A stretch of 64,000 nucleotides of DNA from a virus. Of this stretch, positions 33,562 through 42,469 are shown piece by piece (the first letter of the stretch is position 1; each line of letters begins with the position of its first letter). The position numbers were made by a program, and so were the translations under genes. The notes under the pieces are model-generated. The model had not been told where the DNA came from. It worked only from the letters and a program-made list of their open reading frames with translations, and did no database searches. The stretch lies in the IMG/VR virus record IMGVR_UViG_3300045988_125866, one strand, 5' to 3'.

Positions 33562-35493
33562 TCAGCAAGCGAAAACTGGCAGGACATAGCCGCTACTGCC
33601 CTTGCTGCTGTAGTTCGCCTGAGAATAGTAGAACCAAGCGTTCCTGGCATTGTTCTGCGTACTAGTCCATCTATTCTGACCATTCACGAACTTATAGTAA
33701 GCGTCAGCCACGCTATCCCCGAAGAGTGTTCTCAACACTTCTCGGATGGTGCCAGCATTACTGATATGTACGTACTCCTGACCTACTGACATAAGGAAGC
33801 CATTCAGTTTCTCACCGCCAATCTCTAAGCTCTGACCATAGGCGAAGGAAAATGCAGGTACACTAAGACTTCGCTCCTCAGCCTCTTGTCGAACCAAGAA
33901 GGACGATTGCTCTCCGTTCCAATAGTTAGGGTCAGACGATGTATTGCCATTGAGGGCGATTGAGGTAAATTGTAGATTCTGCGTACACCACTGATACTTT
34001 TGCAGCTTCGTCATATCCTTTAAGTCGGTGCAGCGGATGATGAAGGTACCTCTGTTAAGGCGAAGGTTCTGGTCTGACACCTTGATGGCGATAGCTTCCT
34101 CGGCAGTCTTGCCAGCAGCCACCCAGTCCTCGATGTAGTACTCAGTTGCATCAGAATCAAGCACGTAGATACCTGTCTTGAACTGGTACATATTGACTTG
34201 AATAAGTCGCTGAGCTACCCTTGATGTGTAGGTACGAGAGTTCTTGTTAAAGCGAACATAGTAGCCATCCTCGTCATCAACCCTCACGGTGTACTCCTTG
34301 AGATACGGAACATAGATGGTCGCCTGTCCCTTATCATCGGTGGTGTAGGTTGTTGCCTTATTGTCGATGGTTACAATCACGTCCTTTCCTTCCCAAGGCG
34401 TGCCATTGCCATCGGTGTATTTGGTGACAGTCACGATAACTTTCTCGCTTGCCTCCTCATCATAAGGCTCGTAGCTAAACGTGATGGTCTTGCTCACGCC
34501 CACAGAGGTAAAGCCTATTGGAGACAAGGGCTGAGCGTTGGCATACTCGGGGACGGCTACTTGGTAGTACACACCTCGGCTGACCTTGAATGTGGTCTTG
34601 CCCTCTGAGTCGGTGGTGTAGGTCTGAGGAGTCTTGCCGTTATTGAGAAATACGTTAATCTTGATACCAGCCACCTTGATAGAGTCAACAGAAGAGGCAA
34701 TTGTGACAGTCACTTCCTCATCAGTGTTGATAACATCTACCGATTTGGTTTCTCCGTTGCGGTTTGTCACAGAGATAGTCGAACCCGACATCTCTATATC
34801 GCAGGTTTCCGCACCTGTCGTGGCGGCCTCTGCGTCTTTGATGGCAGTAGTGAAATCTTTCTCACGCTTTGTTTCTGCGTCCACACGAGATTGCTCTGCT
34901 TCTACTCTTGCATCTTCTGCGGCAGCTCTGTCTGTCTCTGCCTGCTTGCGAGTTATTTCTGCATCAACACGTTCTTTCTCAGCAGATACTCTCTGCGTCT
35001 CGGCTTCCTTTCTCGCTTCCTCATTCGCATTGAGGGTATCGTTTATCTCCTTGTTGTTTTTCAGAACCTCATTCGCCTTATCAATTAGGTCACTCAACTC
35101 AACAGAAGGAGGCAGAATAACCATAGCCGTATCCATCTCTACGCTGTTGTCGCCCTCATCAGTAGTCCCAAACTCAGTATCAGCATCGGCATTGTTGGCC
35201 ACGATGGCAAACTGAGGGTATTCGTTGCTTCGCCAGTCATTGCCGAATATCTTACCCTTTACCTCGATAGCATACGTGCCGAGGCTCATCTTATCACCCT
35301 CTACTCTCGCAAGGAGAACATTATCCTCCTTTACATCAATCGTAAATGCAAGAGGTATGCGTTTGAATTGATTACACACCTGTACCACCACGTCCGTACA
35401 GGCTGGCAAGGGGAAAGCCTTCGCTTGCCCCTCCACCATCTTCATCACTGGAATCCTCAGCGTGAAGTCATTACCTTTAACGATTTTCTTCAT
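33562..35493 (-). CDS. DGR target: receptor-binding/tail-fibre protein with C-terminal variable region
   Basis: 643 aa: N-terminal beta domain, Glu/Ala/Arg coiled coil (EEARKEAETQRVSAEKERVDAEITRKQAETDRAAAEDARVEAEQSRVDAE), repeated beta-sandwich-like segments, and a C-terminus ending in the VR (..NAWFYYSQANYSSKGSSGYVLPVFAC). Confidence 0.85.
   Translation of the reverse strand: MKKIVKGNDFTLRIPVMKMVEGQAKAFPLPACTDVVVQVCNQFKRIPLAFTIDVKEDNVLLARVEGDKMSLGTYAIEVKGKIFGNDWRSNEYPQFAIVANNADADTEFGTTDEGDNSVEMDTAMVILPPSVELSDLIDKANEVLKNNKEINDTLNANEEARKEAETQRVSAEKERVDAEITRKQAETDRAAAEDARVEAEQSRVDAETKREKDFTTAIKDAEAATTGAETCDIEMSGSTISVTNRNGETKSVDVINTDEEVTVTIASSVDSIKVAGIKINVFLNNGKTPQTYTTDSEGKTTFKVSRGVYYQVAVPEYANAQPLSPIGFTSVGVSKTITFSYEPYDEEASEKVIVTVTKYTDGNGTPWEGKDVIVTIDNKATTYTTDDKGQATIYVPYLKEYTVRVDDEDGYYVRFNKNSRTYTSRVAQRLIQVNMYQFKTGIYVLDSDATEYYIEDWVAAGKTAEEAIAIKVSDQNLRLNRGTFIIRCTDLKDMTKLQKYQWCTQNLQFTSIALNGNTSSDPNYWNGEQSSFLVRQEAEERSLSVPAFSFAYGQSLEIGGEKLNGFLMSVGQEYVHISNAGTIREVLRTLFGDSVADAYYKFVNGQNRWTSTQNNARNAWFYYSQANYSSKGSSGYVLPVFAC
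33570..33660 (-). repeat. DGR variable repeat (VR)
   Basis: Lies at a constant 663-bp offset from TR. Of 11 mismatches, 9 fall at TR sense-strand adenines. Covers the last 30 codons of the target ORF. Confidence 0.9.
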
Positions 35494-35511
35494 ATAGCTA
35501 TACTATTTTAA

Positions 35512-38500
35512 TTAGTACTGTCTGTTAATTATTCTCGCAAGATATGGCTGTGTAAAACCTTCGAGTGTGTAAGACTTGTCGGGGTTATACATCAACAGAA
35601 ATTCATAAGAGTCTCCTGCCGCCATATCAAAATCAGCCCAATAGCCACCGTTCCAGTGTGTAATAAGCGGGAGGCCTTTAGTGTTCCATCGCGCCACATT
35701 TGCGCCGTCTTTTGTTGTGCATCTTCCTCTCATGGCGATGGACTCGCTGCCAATATCCATCACGATTGTAAGCCTTACGCAGAACTTGTCATCGACATGC
35801 TGCGAACCGAACAGTATCTGCTTGATCGTCCCGAGAGTGGGCAGCGCAAGCGCAAGATAATTTTTCGAGCTGACTATCAGGGTAAGCGAATCTATTTTCT
35901 GTACTTCGTTATAAGTAGTTCCTCTAAACAAACCTGTATTATCAAGGAATACATCCTTGGTAGTCATATTTATCATCGTGTACTTATATCCGTATACTCC
36001 ACCGTTGACCGATACGTCACCAATACCGCGCAGCGCATAGTTCTGCACGCCGTTCTTCGCTTCCGCAAAGTAGCACACGTTGCTATGGTAGCCGTCAGTT
36101 GTATCGATGGCATCTACCCTCATCTTCGCACTGAGGTAAGTTCCAGGGCCAGGAACAGCGAGGGTCTGGTCCGTGTCGATGAATATAGCACTCCGCCCCT
36201 CTGCCTTGATCAGCTGAAAACGAGTATCTGTCAACATCATGCTGTCTTCCTTGAATAAAGCACCACTCGACAGACCTTCGCCCGTTATCTCGAACCGTCC
36301 GAACTTCTTTCGTGTACCACTGTCCTCATCTTCGTAATATCTCACACCGAAAGCACCCTTGTCGGCATACATGTAGCCATCCTTAGAGACACGGAACGGA
36401 GAGTCGGCGGCTGTCGACGAACCTACCCAGAGAGGATATTGCTTTCCGTCTTCATCCTTCGCCTCATCTATATCGTAGTTGCCGAAGTGAGCGAGCGTAT
36501 TTTGGTTATTACCATCTTTCGCCCAAACATGGTGAACATTGATGGTGTCAGCATCTATCAGGTCGGCATTAAGCTTGCCGTCCTGAAACATTGCAGTGGT
36601 AGTGCCGTTATTGCTTACCTTCACCTTGTCGCCATACAGCTCCACACCATCTGCTGTAATATTTAAGCCCGCAGCCTTGGCTGTCGCCTTGTCGATGAGG
36701 TCAGTCTTCTTCTCTGTGTACTCTGTCATCAGAGCACCTTCCTCCAACTTCGGCTTAGCCACCCAAGCCTCACAGCCGTCAACAGCTCGCAGCAGTACCG
36801 ACTGAGGTAACACAGTTTCGCCATCACCCGTATAAAGGTCTATACGCCAGTGTACCCAGTATCGCTTCCATTCGCTCGTCAGTGTGAAGTTCGATGCTCC
36901 GTCGGCCACATTCTCCGTCACCTTTCCCTGGCTGTTCTCTGCGTAGATATTCACGTGAACGCTGTCCTTATACAGGTGTGCTCTCAGAGTTCCGCTTCCC
37001 TTCGCAAGGAACGAGAATACATAATTCTTCCTCAGCTCGAAGTTAAGAATCCTTCCGTTCTCTCCGTTGAATCTCAGGAAGTCACACATATTATTGTTAC
37101 TGCTGTCTGCCTTTCCGTGAACTACGGCATACGCACCCTCGTAGGTGTCCTGTGCCACCTCATTGGCCGTATAAAGGTTGCTCAACTGTCCGCTCGCAAC
37201 AAGCGTCCTCGTGTCGTCGAGCATATTTCCGCCAAGGTAGTCGTAGTCCGTTTCCGCAGGAGTCCAGCCTGTGTACTCGCTTCCTTCCTCCAGCATTGGC
37301 ATACATATCCATCCGTTACCAGAGGCAGTATAACCAAATGTTCCGTCCACGGTTATGCCATTGTAGACAAAGATATTCACCTCGATAAACTCTGCGTCGC
37401 CCGAGTTGAAAGTGTAGTTCACCTGCCTCCATTGGTTCACCTCGTTCTCCTTCGTTATCCACTGCATGTTACCCGAGGTGGCAGTAATTTGGTCCCCTCT
37501 ATTGCCATTCAGCGCAGCCATCTTGAACACCTCCGAATGAATCTGTAAGTCCTTCGTGTCGCACTTTATCCATGCGGAAAATGTATAATCGGTGTTCTTC
37601 TTCACAGCGATGCCGTTGATGGTCAGTCCCCAGAAAAGTCCCTTGTACTGAGGCGTTCCGTTACCCGTCACCGAGAAGCGGATGGCATTATGGCCGTTCA
37701 CGCCCTGTGTTATCGTAGGCTGGAAGAGGCCGTCCGAATAATATATATCACCCTTCCTTGTCAATGACGTATCTCGCAGTAGGTTGTGCCGTCCTTGCTG
37801 GTTCTGAGTCACGCTGAGAGTAATCTCCTTTGCTGTCTGCTTGATAGTAGATGTGTAGGCGTTGAGAACGGTAGGATTACTTCCTTTCAGGTCTTTCTCC
37901 AGTGCCTCAAATTTCGACTGGTACTGCTTGGCCGTAGCCTTTACACTGCCCATGTACTTTGTCACATTCACAGAGAATGGAACCTGTGTACTGTAGCTCT
38001 TCCCTCCGAGAGAGAATGTGATTGTGACAAATCCCTCGCTCACCGACACCTTGTCTCCGCTCGCCAGAGTGATAGTGTTCACAGAATTGAGCTTCACCTT
38101 TATGTATCCTGTAGCCAAGCTTGCCGCAGCCGTACAGTTCTGCATATAGCTCACCCTTACGTCTGAGCACTCGTTAGTAACATTCTCGCCACCTCTCATC
38201 ACCATTACTCGTCCTTCTGCCGTGGTGTCCGACACGATGCCGTCATCGTTAGTGTCGAGCACGATGGGCTGTACGAGAAGTATGCTCACTCCGTCCTCTC
38301 CGTCATTTCCGTTCACACCAGGAGTACCTTGTTCTCCTTTCTCGCCCTGTGGTCCCTGTGCGCCCGTTTCGCCCTGCGCACCTGTTTCTCCTTTAGGTCC
38401 CTGTGGCCCTTCGTCACCTCTATCTCCCTTTTCGCCTTTGTCTCCTTTGCCTCCCTTTTCTCCCGACAACACCTTCTGCCAGTCGCTGTTTGCGTCCGAA

Positions 38501-41500
38501 GGCTCTTGACTTGTTCCGTTCTCGTTGATACAAGTCCACAGGGCGTTGTTATGGTTCACTTGGTCGTAGTAGTCATAGCTTCCTGCCTTCCACTCACCTC
38601 TGTAGTTCACCATGTGCATAGCATCCCCAGTCGAAGATACCCACTCAAAGATACCGCTATTAAGCCTTATCTTGTCAGGCGAAAGCACGAATACCTCCTT
38701 GCCATCGTGTGTATATCTGTCTACACCCTTGAAGCCTACGATGCGAGGTGTGTTCTCGCCAGTACTCTCCAGTATCAGCACACCTTTTCTGCTATCATCG
38801 TCAACAATTTGTCCTCCAACAAAAACAGCTCTATGTCCGTCAAGCACAATAGTGTCTCCTGCTTCAGGAATACCACCTATCTCTGCCGTTGCAAACTCCT
38901 CAGTCATTGAGTCTAACGACAAAGAATGTTTGCCGATTACTATCCATGAGAACATCTGTCCTCCATACAGTTCGTTGCCATATCCGTCATATATCTTCTC
39001 GTTCACACTCGATACGCCGTGCTCAGGGATTGTTCGCCAGTAGCTCTTGTTGCTTGCGTTCGTGGTTCCAGTAGCCAGCGTTCCGATGGTCTTGCACCTC
39101 ACTTGGTCTCCCTCTCTCCACAGGTTTTGTGTAGCCGTAGTTCCGTCATCCGCCAAGAGATAACAGAGCCAGCCTTTGCATTTATCTACAGAGGTCTCTA
39201 TCCATTCACTGCTCTCGCTTTCCCATGTTACAGGCACGACCTTCACTATCTTGCTTCCTGCGCCCGAGAGATACACATTACCGCCTGCATACGACAGTTT
39301 TCTTACCTCCAGTTGATTAAAGATAGCCTTTCCCCAAATGGTGAGGTTGGTGATAAAGCCGTTGTATTTCCCGTTTTCCTTCTTGACAGCGAAACCTTGC
39401 TCTGCTTCATTGTCGTAGTCGATGGACTGCAACGACTCCAAGATGGCCCGTCCTGCCTCGTCTATCAACGCTCCGCCCTTACCAAAGTAAGCACCTCCGT
39501 TCAACTTCACTAAAGCCTCGCTTACCAGTCCTTTGATGAAGGTAATCACGCCTTGTGCGGTGTCATCCTTTAGCTTCGACAGAAAGTGTTTTGAAGCTTC
39601 ATTGATAGTCGAGTCGGTTATCTGTTTCGATGTCTCGCTACTTACCTTTCCGTTTCCAGACTCAAGGGATGAAATCTGCTGCTTTATCTTAGCCATCGTT
39701 CCGACTTCTACATCGTTCCTCAGAGTTACTTCATAGGTTGGTATGCCTCCTTCGTTTTCTCTTATAACGAGCTGGTCGATGGTCACCTTGCCTCCTATGT
39801 GTAAGTCGCCATCGTCAAACTCCATGATGTCGCCGGCCTTCAACGTGTCGTGAAGGCTCTTGATGGTTCCGGTTTTATCTTCAGTCGCTTGGTCGTTTTG
39901 TCTCGCCATAAACACTTCGTCTACCTTGGGCTGGTACACATACCTTGTGTAGTCGTTCTTGTCTATGTAGGCAATGGCGTATTTCAGAAGCTTTAGTGAT
40001 GCTGCGTTCACATAAGAGTCGGGCAGGGTGATACCTGTCAGTACAAAGTGATCTCCTTTTCTGATAGGATAGTCTTTGTATGGGAACCACAGCTCCAAGG
40101 CATCGTCCTTTACTCTCTGTATGGTCAACCTCCATCTGCCGTTCTCTTTTACCGATGATGCTACCTTAAAGGTTCTTCCTCCACACATGCCATCCTTCAT
40201 GGCGATAGAGAAATCACTGTCCTTCAGGTCGTTGATATCGAAGTCGATAGACGGATTCAGGTAGATGTCAACATTGTTTACGGTTTGTCCGTCTTCAAAC
40301 CTTCCGTTGTCATTTGGTGCAACGCCCTCGTCAATCTCATCAACACGCACACCACCGATAACCATTTCTTCGATTGTAGGGTATATCTCTACGATACCGT
40401 TGGTCTTGTCATCGTTATCAAAATATTGCGATGCGGAACGAAGACCAATCTGCTGTATGTTCACAGAGTCAATATAGGGCCTGTATGGATTCGTCGAAAA
40501 GATATGTTCCTTGCCCGTTGGGTTTACATATTCCTTATCAGCCTTACTCAGCGAGTTGTAGTAGTCGTTAAGTGAAACATGAGGGAATCCTGGCAACATC
40601 AGCCTGTTGATAGACATGTTGTTGGGAAGATTCTGCGCATACTCCTTCATTGACGATGGCACTGCCTTAGTGTTCAGGCCGCCAGTTATATACAACTTTC
40701 TGTTTCCTGCGTTTACTTGTGCGATAAACCTGTCAAGATTTTCTTTTGACGGCTCGTCTCCGTTGTCTTCCATGTTGTTCTTCACTTTCGAGTATAACAT
40801 TACGGCCTGCCCGCTGCTCAAAGCTGTCACAACACAGGTGATGACCGTCTGAAAGTCAAACGTCACCTTCAGGACGTATCCGTATGTCTGTTCTTTACCA
40901 GTCCCGTCATTAGGTACGAAAACTCTTGGGATGGTGAAATAATTGTCAATGTACTCCATGTCGATATACACTGACAGATAACTTGTTGCAGTGTTCACCT
41001 CTGTGATGTTACAGAAGTACTTTGTGCCAAGGTCTGCGTAGTAGTGAGATGGGAGGTTCTTTTCTGAACCGTAAGCTCTTAGCCTTGTCACGATTTGCTG
41101 TTCTGAGTCTGCATTTTGGATCAACTCACTCAAACCTTTTCCAAGCCCGTACTTGAAGATATTTTTTGCGAGCACGCCTGCCGTTCCAACGTACACATTC
41201 CGACCTCTTACGATGAAGTTTACGTCCCACTCGCTATTTACTAAGGCCAAAGCTTCCCAACAGGTCTTTCCGTCAACGGTGATAGACTTGGATTCGATAT
41301 CGTTCTTAGGTGTTCCTCCTCCATAAACATTCGTCCAGTCCGCATCCGAACAGCCTCTCTGCAAAGACCTTTTCTTGTTGCGTGAGTACACTTTCCACAC
41401 ACCCTTGCCGATCTGTTCGTCAAGGTTGGCTTGTATTCTGTCGAGAAGGTCGTCAAGTGTCTCTACGTAGAACGAAAACTTCGGCAGGGCAGTATAATGC

Positions 41501-41841
41501 AGTTCGTTGTCGTTCAGAACCACGTCGAGAAACTCCGATCTCGACAACTCGTCCTGCAACGCATTGAACTTTACGCTGTCATACACGAATCCCTCTCCGT
41601 ATGTGTTTAGCCTTGCTTTTTTGTCCTTTCCCGGCTCATAGTTCAACTCGAAGCGCTCTCCTCTGTATATGATGTAGTCGCCTATCTTAAAGTTGATTGG
41701 AGCGTTGTTTTTGAAGTCAATGGTAAGGAAGCAGTCTCCCATCCATTTGTCTGAGTACTGCAATCCGTGAACGACAACCTCGTCATCGTTCACGTCTGTA
41801 AGCTTTGTTCCGTCCTTATGATATATGTTCCACCTACTCAT
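35512..41841 (-). CDS. giant tail fibre / tail-tip host-specificity protein
   Basis: 2109-aa ORF directly after the Dit-position gene. Contains a collagen-like G-X-Y tract and several beta-rich modules. Confidence 0.7.
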   Translation of the reverse strand: MSRWNIYHKDGTKLTDVNDDEVVVHGLQYSDKWMGDCFLTIDFKNNAPINFKIGDYIIYRGERFELNYEPGKDKKARLNTYGEGFVYDSVKFNALQDELSRSEFLDVVLNDNELHYTALPKFSFYVETLDDLLDRIQANLDEQIGKGVWKVYSRNKKRSLQRGCSDADWTNVYGGGTPKNDIESKSITVDGKTCWEALALVNSEWDVNFIVRGRNVYVGTAGVLAKNIFKYGLGKGLSELIQNADSEQQIVTRLRAYGSEKNLPSHYYADLGTKYFCNITEVNTATSYLSVYIDMEYIDNYFTIPRVFVPNDGTGKEQTYGYVLKVTFDFQTVITCVVTALSSGQAVMLYSKVKNNMEDNGDEPSKENLDRFIAQVNAGNRKLYITGGLNTKAVPSSMKEYAQNLPNNMSINRLMLPGFPHVSLNDYYNSLSKADKEYVNPTGKEHIFSTNPYRPYIDSVNIQQIGLRSASQYFDNDDKTNGIVEIYPTIEEMVIGGVRVDEIDEGVAPNDNGRFEDGQTVNNVDIYLNPSIDFDINDLKDSDFSIAMKDGMCGGRTFKVASSVKENGRWRLTIQRVKDDALELWFPYKDYPIRKGDHFVLTGITLPDSYVNAASLKLLKYAIAYIDKNDYTRYVYQPKVDEVFMARQNDQATEDKTGTIKSLHDTLKAGDIMEFDDGDLHIGGKVTIDQLVIRENEGGIPTYEVTLRNDVEVGTMAKIKQQISSLESGNGKVSSETSKQITDSTINEASKHFLSKLKDDTAQGVITFIKGLVSEALVKLNGGAYFGKGGALIDEAGRAILESLQSIDYDNEAEQGFAVKKENGKYNGFITNLTIWGKAIFNQLEVRKLSYAGGNVYLSGAGSKIVKVVPVTWESESSEWIETSVDKCKGWLCYLLADDGTTATQNLWREGDQVRCKTIGTLATGTTNASNKSYWRTIPEHGVSSVNEKIYDGYGNELYGGQMFSWIVIGKHSLSLDSMTEEFATAEIGGIPEAGDTIVLDGHRAVFVGGQIVDDDSRKGVLILESTGENTPRIVGFKGVDRYTHDGKEVFVLSPDKIRLNSGIFEWVSSTGDAMHMVNYRGEWKAGSYDYYDQVNHNNALWTCINENGTSQEPSDANSDWQKVLSGEKGGKGDKGEKGDRGDEGPQGPKGETGAQGETGAQGPQGEKGEQGTPGVNGNDGEDGVSILLVQPIVLDTNDDGIVSDTTAEGRVMVMRGGENVTNECSDVRVSYMQNCTAAASLATGYIKVKLNSVNTITLASGDKVSVSEGFVTITFSLGGKSYSTQVPFSVNVTKYMGSVKATAKQYQSKFEALEKDLKGSNPTVLNAYTSTIKQTAKEITLSVTQNQQGRHNLLRDTSLTRKGDIYYSDGLFQPTITQGVNGHNAIRFSVTGNGTPQYKGLFWGLTINGIAVKKNTDYTFSAWIKCDTKDLQIHSEVFKMAALNGNRGDQITATSGNMQWITKENEVNQWRQVNYTFNSGDAEFIEVNIFVYNGITVDGTFGYTASGNGWICMPMLEEGSEYTGWTPAETDYDYLGGNMLDDTRTLVASGQLSNLYTANEVAQDTYEGAYAVVHGKADSSNNNMCDFLRFNGENGRILNFELRKNYVFSFLAKGSGTLRAHLYKDSVHVNIYAENSQGKVTENVADGASNFTLTSEWKRYWVHWRIDLYTGDGETVLPQSVLLRAVDGCEAWVAKPKLEEGALMTEYTEKKTDLIDKATAKAAGLNITADGVELYGDKVKVSNNGTTTAMFQDGKLNADLIDADTINVHHVWAKDGNNQNTLAHFGNYDIDEAKDEDGKQYPLWVGSSTAADSPFRVSKDGYMYADKGAFGVRYYEDEDSGTRKKFGRFEITGEGLSSGALFKEDSMMLTDTRFQLIKAEGRSAIFIDTDQTLAVPGPGTYLSAKMRVDAIDTTDGYHSNVCYFAEAKNGVQNYALRGIGDVSVNGGVYGYKYTMINMTTKDVFLDNTGLFRGTTYNEVQKIDSLTLIVSSKNYLALALPTLGTIKQILFGSQHVDDKFCVRLTIVMDIGSESIAMRGRCTTKDGANVARWNTKGLPLITHWNGGYWADFDMAAGDSYEFLLMYNPDKSYTLEGFTQPYLARIINRQY
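38291..38463 (-). repeat. collagen-like G-X-Y repeat tract inside the tail fibre
   Basis: Encodes GEKGGKGDKGEKGDRGDEGPQGPKGETGAQGETGAQGPQGEKGEQGTPGVNGNDGEDG. Confidence 0.85.
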
Positions 41842-41848
41842 GTCTGCA

Positions 41849-42337
41849 TCAGGTTAAGTTCGTTATGTTTCCGTCCGCACCCATCACTGGCTTAATGTCT
41901 GTCACGGGGTCATTAAACTTAAAGGTAACACTCATCACCAATAAGTCTTCATTCTCTGGGTCCCTGTACAGCACAGGGTCTATGCTTTTCAGCCTCACGT
42001 GCTGCCTGCCAATCTTATTGAAGTCGCAATACATCTTCATCATACCTGTTGTTCGGAGATAATTCACAAAGCTCCTGCATTTCTCGTTCGCCCCATAAAC
42101 TTTTCCCTTAAACAGGAACTTTACCTTATTTTCGTAAGCTGCCATATACAGGCCGTCTTTGCCTATATATTCATCGTCTCCGTGCTCGTCATACCAGCTC
42201 CTCTTTACTGGTTCTTTCACTGCGTCGCATGGTTTGAACGGACTCTCGCTTACGTACATACCGAAATCGGTTATAGTGTCCATTACCTTGGCACCATCAC
42301 CTTCTTTCTGCATATAAATTCTGAAATAATCTTTCAT
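41849..42337 (-). CDS. putative distal tail protein (Dit position)
   Basis: 162-aa ORF between the tape measure and the tail-tip/fibre gene. The call is by synteny only. Confidence 0.4.
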   Translation of the reverse strand: MKDYFRIYMQKEGDGAKVMDTITDFGMYVSESPFKPCDAVKEPVKRSWYDEHGDDEYIGKDGLYMAAYENKVKFLFKGKVYGANEKCRSFVNYLRTTGMMKMYCDFNKIGRQHVRLKSIDPVLYRDPENEDLLVMSVTFKFNDPVTDIKPVMGADGNITNLT

Positions 42338-42469
42338 AACTCAAAATCACTTATTTATGATGCAAATATACAATTAATTGTATAATTATACAAGTAAAAT
42401 GAAAATATCAATGTATATTTATGCAATTAAGGGCGCGAATAGCACTTCATCACGCCCTTAATCATTACA

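Noticed and set aside
34634-41567. Numerous 60-230-aa plus-strand ORFs inside the DGR target and the giant fibre gene; similar ORFs lie inside the tape measure gene at 42480-49566
   Set aside because: They are antisense or shadow ORFs of very long, codon-biased minus-strand genes. Their Ser/Leu/Cys-rich compositions lack protein-like features.
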